Assembly (NCBI GenBank): GCA_965249555.1
Contig: OZ252243.1
Location: 1,344,001 to 1,408,000, forward strand
DNA length: 64,000 nt
DNA from: Nitrosopumilus sp.
GTDB taxonomy: Archaea; Thermoproteota; Nitrososphaeria; Nitrososphaerales; Nitrosopumilaceae
Direction of reading: 5' to 3'
Both the position numbers and the translations under genes were made by a program. Below the pieces are notes generated by a model, which worked only from the letters and a program-made list of their open reading frames with translations, was not told the origin of the DNA and did no database searches. Of this stretch, positions 1-7,969 are shown one piece after another (the stretch's first letter is position 1; each line of letters starts with the position of its first letter).

Positions 1-1134
1 TCTATAATACCATTAACTGGGGATCTATCAAGTTATGGAGAAGAGACATCCATTGCAGCAAAACTAGCTGTTACTGATTTTAACTCATTCCTAAAAGAAA
101 TGGATGCGCCATGGCACCTTACAATGGTAACTGAGGATTCAGCTACTAATCCTGTAATTGCACTAGAAAAACTAACATCACTTTATGCTAAAGGGATAGG
201 GACAGTTGTTGGTCCTGAGACTAGCTCTAATATTTCACACGTAAAGGGGTATGCAGAGTCAAATAATATGCTACTAATATCATGCTGCTCTACTGCTCCA
301 TCCCTTGCAATCCCTAATGATAGTGTATATCGTTTGGTTCCAAATGATTCTAATCACGCAAACGTCTTGGCAAAACTTGCACAAAAAGAATCAATCAAAG
401 TTATAATTCCAGTGTATAGGGGAGATTCCTGGGGTGATGGACTAGTCAAAGCCATTAATGAGTCCTTTACAGGTCTTGGTGGTACAGTTGATGAGGGAGT
501 CAGGTATAATCCAGAAACCCCGGAATTTTCTGCATCAACTTCATTACTTGCTGAGAAAGTCAATACCCTGCTATTACATTATGATAAAAAGAATATAGCA
601 ATTATACTAATCAGCTTTGGTGAAGGATTACACTTTATGCAATCAGCATCACAGCATGACACACTAAGTACAATTCAATGGTTTGGAACTGATGGTAATG
701 CACTAGAGCCTGCAATTGTAGAGGACCCGATAGGTATGGAATTTTCAAATGCTGTGAATTTTACTGCAGTGCTGTTTGCAGTATCAGATAATGATAAAAA
801 TATGCATGTAAAAAACCACTTGATTGATACACTTGGGCGAGTCCCTGTTGTTTATGCATATTCTGCATATGATGCAGTGTGGTTGATTGGATTATCAATG
901 ATTGAATCTCAAAGCAGTGATGTTACTGAAATTAAAGCAGTACTACCAGAGGTTGCCAGTAGATATGATGGCGCACTAGGTGAAATAACCCTTAATGATG
1001 CAGGAGATCTAGCATCATCTGATTATGAAATCTATAAAGTAATTGGTGATGAGTGGGTGTTAATATCATTGTATGGTAATGAAGCAGATGAGTTTGTATC
1101 AGTGTATGGTGTGGATTATTCTCACACAGAGTAA
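1..1134 (+). CDS. ABC transporter substrate-binding protein, branched-chain amino acid (LivJ/type I PBP) family; 5'-truncated by window edge
   Basis: Frame is open from base 1 (SIIPLTGDLSSYG...). Motifs VVGPETSS, STAPSL, YRLVPND, YAYSAYDAVW and GEITLNDAGD are typical of the family. Confidence 0.85.
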   Translation, partial: SIIPLTGDLSSYGEETSIAAKLAVTDFNSFLKEMDAPWHLTMVTEDSATNPVIALEKLTSLYAKGIGTVVGPETSSNISHVKGYAESNNMLLISCCSTAPSLAIPNDSVYRLVPNDSNHANVLAKLAQKESIKVIIPVYRGDSWGDGLVKAINESFTGLGGTVDEGVRYNPETPEFSASTSLLAEKVNTLLLHYDKKNIAIILISFGEGLHFMQSASQHDTLSTIQWFGTDGNALEPAIVEDPIGMEFSNAVNFTAVLFAVSDNDKNMHVKNHLIDTLGRVPVVYAYSAYDAVWLIGLSMIESQSSDVTEIKAVLPEVASRYDGALGEITLNDAGDLASSDYEIYKVIGDEWVLISLYGNEADEFVSVYGVDYSHTE

Positions 1135-1358
1135 ATAGGAAACGATGCAATTAAAACACTAAATGCGCGCTCTTTTATGGTTACATATATCGTTCATGAT
1201 ATGATTAATGAGATAGAATTTACTCCAAATGAGCAAACTCAATATATCAATACTTTTTCTGAAATGTTTGACTTGTATGGTTCAATAACAGGTGGTGGGA
1301 TTTGGCCTGAACCATATACATTTGATGAGAAAAAGTCAAAGTCTAGTTTCTTTTGGGC

Positions 1359-1517
1359 TCAGGACCAGTTCTTGTGCAAGTCAATGCCAACATACATGCA
1401 CTTGTCTTTTTTTGCCCTAATCTGTTTCTTTGGACTTTTCTTGGAATACGATGGATTACGAGTCCTGGATCTGGGTTCATTTCCTATGCTATCTGAATTC
1501 CTTCTTTTGGTATTCAC
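1359..1517 (-). mobile_element. IS110-family transposase N-terminal remnant (52 aa)
   Basis: Manual minus-strand translation: (V)NTKRRNSDSIGNEPRSRTRNPSYSKKSPKKQIRAKKDKC-MYVGIDLHK-NWS*. MYVGIDLHK (from 1397) matches the first motif of the DEDD RuvC-like domain of IS110 recombinases. Confidence 0.6.
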
Positions 1518-1714
1518 ATATAGTTATCAAGCATTTTGGATGCATTTCATCATCTCAGAAAACATGCCCAATCCCTTGGTTCTCCGTGCCTCAAGGCATG
1601 CAAGAAAGACGGAGATCATCCTCATGCCCTGATTTGTGCGTGAAGGTTGATACATACAGTATGGCACAACAGAAATCTTTAAACAATTATAAATCCACAT
1701 CTAAGCGATTGAAT

Positions 1715-1858
1715 ATGAGACAAAGCATTCAGTTAGTAGAAGATGGCGGGTTTGGGAAATACCAAAAAGGCGAGAACGACATAGCATGTACATACAATAA
1801 TGCCGATCTAGCAGAGAAAGCAATGTTAAAATTCATTAAAAAAATAGCCAATAAGTGA
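1715..1858 (+). CDS. small hypothetical protein (47 aa), possible antitoxin
   Basis: 3' part of ORF 1430..1858. ATG at 1715 lies ~25 nt after a TTATAAAT box. The stop overlaps the next start (GTGA). Confidence 0.4.
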   Translation: MRQSIQLVEDGGFGKYQKGENDIACTYNNADLAEKAMLKFIKKIANK

Positions 1859-2121
1859 ACTACAAAGTTTCCCTTTCTAATATTTTTAAAGAACAATTAA
1901 AACAAATTGCAGAGTTTGACACTTTTACCAATTCCAAAAAAGTTAGTAAGAATCCAAAACAAACTCTCAAAGATTTAGAAAAAATGGAAAAATTAGGAAT
2001 AACCATACACACCACTAAGATTAAATCAGATGTATATGGAACAAAGTACACTGTGGTGTATAAAGTGACAAAGAATCAACAGAAAAAATTAACAGCAAAA
2101 AAAATAATCAGGCATAAATAA
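1855..2121 (+). CDS. basic small protein, possible RelE/ParE-fold toxin
   Basis: 88 aa and Lys-rich. The N-terminal YKVSLSNIFKEQLKQI and the later GTKYTVVYKV loosely resemble RelE/ParE elements. Confidence 0.35.
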   Translation: MNYKVSLSNIFKEQLKQIAEFDTFTNSKKVSKNPKQTLKDLEKMEKLGITIHTTKIKSDVYGTKYTVVYKVTKNQQKKLTAKKIIRHK

Positions 2122-2241
2122 TAATAAAATAATAATCCCTTTTACTCAATATTTTTGTCATCTACCAAAAGGTTAGTAATCAAAATACTTGGTAAAACCG
2201 CCAATTATTATGTAATAACTCTGTTCTGGATGTGATGTGAT

Positions 2242-2640
2242 TTGTTAAAAAAAATAATTGGAATAGGCATAACTGGAATAGTAGTTCTTGTAACTATTGC
2301 ATTACTGTTTTCAAACAATTCAATTGAAGATCCAGAACCCTTTGTTAAAGGTGATGTGATAATGCCAACAAAAGTTTCTCGCCCAGGATGTGAAGAAACT
2401 GATAGATGTTACATTCCCTCTCTAATTGTAATTGAAAAAGGAAAACAAGTAACATGGGTAAATGAAGATTCAGCGTTTCATAGTATTACTTCAGGTTTTT
2501 ACGATACACCAACTGATCTTTTTGACAGTGGGCATTTAGATCCATTTGAATCCTATACCCTTACTTTTGATGAAACAGGCACATTTGATTATTTTTGTAC
2601 TCTTCATCCTTGGATGAAAGGACAAGTAGTTGTTGAATAA
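2242..2640 (+). CDS. membrane-anchored blue copper protein (plastocyanin/azurin-like cupredoxin)
   Basis: N-terminal TM helix. Type-1 Cu ligand motifs VTWVNEDSAFHSITSG and YFCTLHPWMKG. Confidence 0.92.
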   Translation: MLKKIIGIGITGIVVLVTIALLFSNNSIEDPEPFVKGDVIMPTKVSRPGCEETDRCYIPSLIVIEKGKQVTWVNEDSAFHSITSGFYDTPTDLFDSGHLDPFESYTLTFDETGTFDYFCTLHPWMKGQVVVE

Positions 2641-2711
2641 GGTACCCGAGGGAGTCGAACCCCCTTGTATAGGCTTTGCAGGCCCACGCATAACCGTTCT
2701 GCCAGAGTACC
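2640..2711 (-). tRNA. tRNA-Cys (GCA)
   Basis: Reverse complement GGTACTCTGGCAGAACGGTTATGCGTGGGCCT-GCA-AAGCCTATACAAGGGGGTTCGACTCCCTCGGGTACC(T) folds as a cloverleaf with a TTCGA T-loop. Confidence 0.95.
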
Positions 2712-2750
2712 GTTTTAAAAAACACAAAATGAATAATTAAACTCTTCAGA

Positions 2751-2972
2751 TTAGAATTTGTTAAATGGTTTTGAGGCCAACTTTACGTCTTCACCTTTTA
2801 TCGTTTTTCTACCTGCATGAGAAGCCATATCCACTGCACTTTTTGCAATGCCATCGGCCAGTTCTTCAACCACCCTTCTTAATTCATTTGCTGATTCGTC
2901 ACTAACTCTCTCAGCTCCTGCTTTCTTCAAAATTCTATACATGGCAGATAATCCTAATTCTGACGATTTCAT
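2751..2972 (-). CDS. archaeal histone (HMf-like)
   Basis: 73 aa with histone-fold signatures RILKKAGAERVS and HAGRKTIKGEDV. Confidence 0.93.
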   Translation of the reverse strand: MKSSELGLSAMYRILKKAGAERVSDESANELRRVVEELADGIAKSAVDMASHAGRKTIKGEDVKLASKPFNKF

Positions 2973-3068
2973 GAATTCTATTTTAGTTTTTTCCGAAAAA
3001 AGATAATGAATGAAAAAATATCACTAAGGAATCGATTTATACAGACTATTTTAAGAATTGATAAAGAA

Positions 3069-3824
3069 ATGACATGGTATTTTGATTCTCATATACATTT
3101 GTCTGATTCTGCATATTCTTCTGATATGCAATTTATCTTAACGGGAATGGAATATCTAAAAATTAAAGCATGTTGTGTTTCAATGGATAATGAAAATTCT
3201 TTACAAACTTTAGAACTAGCAAAAACAAATAATCTAGTTTTACCTTTCATTGGAATTCATCCTGAATGTGCAAATGATGAACTTGAACAAATGACAAATC
3301 TGATCGAAGAGAATCATCAAAATCTTTCTGGAATAGGAGAAATAGGATTGGATCCAACTTTTGTTAACAGTGATGAAGATTCTAAAAGACAAATGCATGT
3401 ATTTGAAACATTATTATCAATTGCAGAAAAATTTAACAAACCAGTTTCTATTCATTCACGAAAAAGCATTGATAATGTTTTGCAAATAATGACATCCTAT
3501 AACACAAAACATGCTTTACTTCACTGGTTTGATGGAAATAAAAAACAGCTTCAAAAAGCTATGGATATGGGATTTTTTGTGTCATATGGACCTGTAATGG
3601 TTTATGCAAATGATAAGCAAACTTTATTGTCTAAAACAGATGAATCAAAAATTCTTGTTGAAACTGATGGACCTGTAAGATTTTCTAGATGTTTTGAAAT
3701 GAAATCCGCACAAATTAGCTTTATTCCTAGCATTATTTTTTGTGCATCAAAAATTCTAGGAAAAACGTTTGATGAGATGGCATCTCTACTAGAAAATAAT
3801 TCAAAATCATTTCTTGGAATATAG
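3069..3824 (+). CDS. tatD: TatD family metal-dependent DNase
   Basis: Motifs DSHIH, IGIHP, IGEIGLD, SIHSR, LHWF and LVETDGP. Start placed at MTWYFDSHIH. Confidence 0.92.
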   Translation: MTWYFDSHIHLSDSAYSSDMQFILTGMEYLKIKACCVSMDNENSLQTLELAKTNNLVLPFIGIHPECANDELEQMTNLIEENHQNLSGIGEIGLDPTFVNSDEDSKRQMHVFETLLSIAEKFNKPVSIHSRKSIDNVLQIMTSYNTKHALLHWFDGNKKQLQKAMDMGFFVSYGPVMVYANDKQTLLSKTDESKILVETDGPVRFSRCFEMKSAQISFIPSIIFCASKILGKTFDEMASLLENNSKSFLGI

Positions 3825-3855
3825 GTATAAAATACCCCAATTCATTAATCGAGGA

Positions 3856-4212
3856 GTGGATAGAATAAAGCGTATCTCATATGAGGTTCTAGACGAACAC
3901 AAATCAAAGTTTGGTGAAGATTTTGCAGATAACAAAAAAGTCTTAGATCAAATATCTATCATACGTTCTAAAAGCCTAAAAAACAAAATATCAGGTTATA
4001 TCACTAGATTTATCAAAAAAGAGATCCGTGAAGAAAAAGCCAAACAAGCACAAATCGCAGCTTCACAATCAGAGGAACCCATTGAGAAAGAAGTTCAACC
4101 AGAAACTTCTGAACCAACCACAGTTTCTAAAGAAACTTTTACTGAAACTGTAGAAGAAAAAGCTGAAACTGTAGAAGAAAAAGCTGAAACTACCGAAGAG
4201 AAAACTGAATAA
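3856..4212 (+). CDS. rps17e: 30S ribosomal protein S17e with acidic C-terminal extension
   Basis: FGEDFADNKKVL...IRSKSLKNKISGYITR. GTG start at 3856. Confidence 0.9.
   Translation: MDRIKRISYEVLDEHKSKFGEDFADNKKVLDQISIIRSKSLKNKISGYITRFIKKEIREEKAKQAQIAASQSEEPIEKEVQPETSEPTTVSKETFTETVEEKAETVEEKAETTEEKTE
4141..4209 (+). repeat. 21-bp coding tandem repeat (ETVEEKA x2 plus a degenerate third copy) in the S17e tail
   Basis: GAAACTGTAGAAGAAAAAGCT is repeated directly. Confidence 0.85.
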
Positions 4213-4253
4213 TTAATAAAACATTAATTTTCTAAATTTTGAATTAGATTAAC

Positions 4254-5027
4254 ATGATTACTGTAAAATTTGTTGGTGGGGCAAAAAAATCTTTTTCAAC
4301 AGAACAATTACATATTGATAAATCTGATATATCCATTCAGGAATTACTGGATTTATTGTTAGAATTAAAACCTGATAATACTCCTGATCTTGATACTGAA
4401 AATATTTTGATTGCAATAAATGGAGCTGATTCTTCTGCAATGGAAGGAAAATCTACCAAGATAAAGAACAATGATCTTGTGAGCATTATACCTGTAATTC
4501 ATGGAGGCTCTTCCAAAAAACTAACTTTCCAAGTCTTAAAAAAACAAATTCAAATAATTGAAATCAGAGGCCAAAAAACAATTAATGTAAAGTTCCTTGA
4601 TAATTTAAGAAAAAAATATCCAAAAATTCAACTTCAGGCAGTATCCAGCAAATTTGTTATGAATAATTATCATTTAAAAAAAATCATATCTTTATCTTTG
4701 GAATCTGAAAAAAATAATATTTTACTTTCAAAAAAACTTGAAACTGATATTCTGATGCGTTTTGCATTGACTAATCAAATTTCTAATGCAATCACCCATG
4801 TAGGACTAAAACCAAAAACTAATTTCATTTTAATTGCAATAGGAAATAAAAAAATACTAAATTCATTATATCTGGAATTATTACCATTATCTGTAAATCT
4901 GTTTTCAAAAAATAATGATTTATTTCTCAAAAAATATTTTAAAATTACAAAAAAACTGCTTGATACAGTTTATTCAAATAATCCTTTGGAGGATATTTTG
5001 ATAGAAAAGGCAGCAATTTTACTCTGA
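4254..5027 (+). CDS. MoaD/ThiS ubiquitin-like domain fused to a KEOPS Cgi121-like domain
   Basis: N-terminal beta-grasp domain ending VSIIPVIHGG. C-terminal LSKKLETDILMRFALTNQISNAI...GLK and ILIEKAAIL resemble Cgi121. Confidence 0.8.
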   Translation: MITVKFVGGAKKSFSTEQLHIDKSDISIQELLDLLLELKPDNTPDLDTENILIAINGADSSAMEGKSTKIKNNDLVSIIPVIHGGSSKKLTFQVLKKQIQIIEIRGQKTINVKFLDNLRKKYPKIQLQAVSSKFVMNNYHLKKIISLSLESEKNNILLSKKLETDILMRFALTNQISNAITHVGLKPKTNFILIAIGNKKILNSLYLELLPLSVNLFSKNNDLFLKKYFKITKKLLDTVYSNNPLEDILIEKAAILL

Positions 5028-5540
5028 AATACTACGTTTAGTTTTTTCAACACTTAGTACATCTGTTTTTTTTAATATAGAAATTCCTGTTTTATTGCCT
5101 AAAATTTCAATTAAGATCACTTTGTCCGGAAATTCAAGTGATACTTTACTTTTTATTTTACTTGCAATTTTTGTAATAATTTCTTGACTAGATAAATCCG
5201 AACTTCTTTTTTCTATGGATATTCTGTATGTTTCATCATTAGAAATTTGTTCAGATATTTCTGTAACAGCTTTTTCAATTTCTTCAATTTTTGTTTCAAT
5301 TACTTTCTGAATTGGAATTATTCTTAGACAATATCTGATACTCCAAGGTTCATCAAGAAGCATTTCTTTAATTTTTCTTACAACCTGTATTGGTTCTAGC
5401 TTTGTCTCAGCAGTTAAAATCCCTGACATTTTTGTGATTGAAATTTTTGCATCAGAGTCTCCAAATTCTTCTAAAATATCTCTTAATTCTTCTTCAGTTT
5501 CAGGTTCAAAATGTCTTGCACAAGTAATTATCAAATTCAT
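5019..5540 (-). CDS. THUMP domain RNA-binding protein (Tan1-like)
   Basis: LRIIPIQ, TYRISIEKR and VSLEFPDKVILIEILG THUMP pattern. Confidence 0.85.
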   Translation of the reverse strand: MNLIITCARHFEPETEEELRDILEEFGDSDAKISITKMSGILTAETKLEPIQVVRKIKEMLLDEPWSIRYCLRIIPIQKVIETKIEEIEKAVTEISEQISNDETYRISIEKRSSDLSSQEIITKIASKIKSKVSLEFPDKVILIEILGNKTGISILKKTDVLSVEKTKRSISE

Positions 5541-6145
5541 AATCTTGAAATCTCCTCATAACTCAAAGAGCCCTCTCGAATAATTTTGATCTCCTCATTC
5601 TCTATTTCAATTATGGTTGATTCTGTTTTACTGGCAATTATCCCACCATCAACAAAAATATCATATTTTTGAATATTGTTGAAACATTCATCAGGATTTG
5701 TAAATGATGAATGTCCAGAAATATTTGCACTAGTACCTACTAGAAAATTACATTTCTTCAATAATTCTAGCGTGCATTTATGATCAGGAACTCTTATGGC
5801 AATTTTATCAGTTACATTTAATGATTTTCTTAACTCTGCATCAGTTAACTTTAGAATTATTGTTAGTGCTCCTGGCCAAAATTTCTCTACAATTTTTTTA
5901 GTAAACTCATCAAAAAAAGCAATTCTTTCTGCAATCTCCTTTGAATAAGCTAAAACTGGAAATGGTTTTGAAATGTCTCTAGATTTTATCTCATAAATTT
6001 TTCTCACTGAATCTCTGTTGTATGGATTACATCCTATTCCATATACTGTATCTGTTGGAAACACGGCAATTCCACCTTGATTGATAATTTGAGATGCTTT
6101 TTCAATTCCTTCTTTGTCACAATTTACTTTCAATATCCATTCCAT
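5537..6145 (-). CDS. sua5: L-threonylcarbamoyladenylate synthase (YrdC/Sua5 family)
   Basis: Motifs FPTDTVYGIG, IYEIKSR, FWPGALT, IAIRVPDH and TSANISG. Confidence 0.93.
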   Translation of the reverse strand: MEWILKVNCDKEGIEKASQIINQGGIAVFPTDTVYGIGCNPYNRDSVRKIYEIKSRDISKPFPVLAYSKEIAERIAFFDEFTKKIVEKFWPGALTIILKLTDAELRKSLNVTDKIAIRVPDHKCTLELLKKCNFLVGTSANISGHSSFTNPDECFNNIQKYDIFVDGGIIASKTESTIIEIENEEIKIIREGSLSYEEISRL

Positions 6146-6212
6146 TCTTTTTTGTTTAATTATCATTTACTTTTGAATAAGTTTTTATCAGTAACAGTTT
6201 TCCCTTGTAAAG

Positions 6213-6293
6213 ATGTCTAAACCATCTTCTGATCTTGAGGACACTGATTTTGAAGATGATTTTGATGATGAATTAGATGAAAAAGAAGATTAG
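6213..6293 (+). CDS. putative 26-aa highly acidic microprotein
   Basis: MSKPSSDLEDTDFEDDFDDELDEKED*. A TTTTTATC box lies ~25-30 nt upstream, and the ORF fills most of the intergenic gap. Confidence 0.45.
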   Translation: MSKPSSDLEDTDFEDDFDDELDEKED

Positions 6294-6577
6294 ATACTTA
6301 ATCCAAAATCATCTGCAAAGTTTGTAAATGTATAATATGCTTGAAGAAATTCTCTACCTGATTGGCTTATTCTATATTTGTTTGAACCTTTAGTATCTAC
6401 TTGTTCTAAGAGTCCTTGTGATACTAGAGTTTTCAAGATTCTTGAAATTCTAGAATGAGATATGTTTGCTTTTCTAATTAGATATGTAACTGATGCTCCA
6501 TTCTCATCTTGTAGATCATTTCGAGTTGTTTCTAGAATATCACCAATAATTTTCATATGAGTTCTATATTCGGCCAT
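6290..6577 (-). CDS. winged helix-turn-helix transcriptional regulator
   Basis: YRTHMKIIGDIL...LIRKANISHSRISRILKTLVSQGLL...YRISQSGREFL, typical of archaeal wHTH proteins. Confidence 0.85.
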   Translation of the reverse strand: MAEYRTHMKIIGDILETTRNDLQDENGASVTYLIRKANISHSRISRILKTLVSQGLLEQVDTKGSNKYRISQSGREFLQAYYTFTNFADDFGLSI

Positions 6578-6698
6578 TTTCTCTATTCTATTATTGTTGT
6601 AATTTCTATGAGAGGGCAGTGATATTTTCCAATATACTAAAAAGATAAAAGAAATTGACAAATTTTTAATTGCTACAAATTTTGAGCCTATGTTGAAA

Positions 6699-7340
6699 TT
6701 ATTCTAATCCCTCATCAAATTTCATCTTAGTTAAGGGTACTTTGCTCACTGGAATGAATAATGCTATCAATCCTCCAATTTTGATTATCATTGATGCAGA
6801 ATAAAGGATTGATTCTGGGAACACAAATGAATACCATCCTAAAAATTCCCCTAATGCTAAGAGTGCTAATCCAACAGCAACTGAAATCGCACCTTTGTTT
6901 TTATTTTCAAAGTATGATAACATTGTTTCAATGGCACCATAAGCCAACAAAATGAATGAAACTGATCTAAAGATATGTTCTAACTGAACCGAAGAAACTA
7001 GGAATAATGGAAAAATTCCTATTGATCTAAAATATCTGGATTTTGGAAAAAATGATTTTATGCTATGAGAAAACGCAATGAAAAAGTATCCTACTGTTTG
7101 AATTGCGATTCCTAAAGTCTGAATCCATCTCTCTATGTTTCCTGATTTAATCACAAAGTCTTCTACTATGTATCCCATCCATATTACAAAAAATCCTAAA
7201 CTTATTGAAAAAAATGCAATTGTTAGTCTAAATAATGTTGGACTACCTGTATTTCTAAATCCAATTAATGCCATTATTCCTATAGCAAGTCCTACCAAAA
7301 ACCCTATCAGATTGAGTATATTTTCTAATAAAAATTCCAA
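6699..7340 (-). CDS. multi-pass membrane protein with apparent internal duplication
   Basis: About 6-7 hydrophobic segments in two similar halves. Confidence 0.75.
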   Translation of the reverse strand: MEFLLENILNLIGFLVGLAIGIMALIGFRNTGSPTLFRLTIAFFSISLGFFVIWMGYIVEDFVIKSGNIERWIQTLGIAIQTVGYFFIAFSHSIKSFFPKSRYFRSIGIFPLFLVSSVQLEHIFRSVSFILLAYGAIETMLSYFENKNKGAISVAVGLALLALGEFLGWYSFVFPESILYSASMIIKIGGLIALFIPVSKVPLTKMKFDEGLE

Positions 7341-7400
7341 TGATGTTTAGAAACTTGTTAAACTAATTATTTTAATCTGATGAATGATTTTACTATATTG

Positions 7401-7610
7401 TTAATCCCATTCATCCAATGAACCTGAAGATTGACCTTCTGTACTACCTGTATAGTCTCCGAGAATATCTGAATATTTAGATTCATTGTGTGCTATAAAT
7501 TTCACATATTCCCCATAACCCATTTCTAAATCACACGAACCACATTTTACTAAAGAGAAATCCATTGATAATTCAGCATCTTTCCTGCATTTTGGGCATT
7601 TTATCTTCAT
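7401..7610 (-). CDS. small zinc-ribbon protein
   Basis: CPKC...CGSC with an acidic C-terminus. Confidence 0.7.
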   Translation of the reverse strand: MKIKCPKCRKDAELSMDFSLVKCGSCDLEMGYGEYVKFIAHNESKYSDILGDYTGSTEGQSSGSLDEWD

Positions 7611-7687
7611 GACTAATTTTGTCTTTGATAATTATTATTGCTTTATTTTTAATAAAAGATAAAAGGAGTTCATTATTGCTAATTTTC

Positions 7688-7969
7688 ATGAGTCGTACTT
7701 GCACAAAATGTAAAAATTCTATTCCTGATAATGAACAACTTGGCATTGTTGCTGAGAAATACCCTACTTGTAACAAATGTTGGGCTGAATGGAAAGAATA
7801 CCAAGTAATGGTAATGAATGAAATGAAACTCGATATGTCTATGCTTGATCATAGAAAATTATTAAAAAAACATGAAAAGATCTTCGTAGGCGTATTATCT
7901 TCTGAGGGAGAAATAATCGATTACTCAAATGAAGATAATAGAAAGCCTGATGAACCTCCAGGTGCCTAA
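7688..7969 (+). CDS. Fe(II)-trafficking protein, YggX-like
   Basis: CNKCWAEWKEYQVMVMNEMKLDM...HRKLL matches the YggX pattern (W..W...Q.M.INE..L). Confidence 0.75.
   Translation: MSRTCTKCKNSIPDNEQLGIVAEKYPTCNKCWAEWKEYQVMVMNEMKLDMSMLDHRKLLKKHEKIFVGVLSSEGEIIDYSNEDNRKPDEPPGA

Noticed and set aside
1177-1632. 151-aa + strand ORF
   Set aside because: Its 3' two-thirds is the antisense of the IS110 stub and leader. Only the first ~60 codons might be a gene fragment, and no function is recognisable.
1430-1714. 5' extension of ORF 1430..1858
   Set aside because: It overlaps the IS110 remnant and has atypical Cys/Trp-rich composition. A better start with a TATA box exists at 1715.
2640-2711. tRNA-Cys as the attachment site of an integrated element covering 1-2640
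   Set aside because: No integrase and no duplicated tRNA 3' end were seen in the window, and the adjacent cupredoxin gene looks native.
2751-2972. Histone gene as a novelty
   Set aside because: Histones are already known in thaumarchaeotes.
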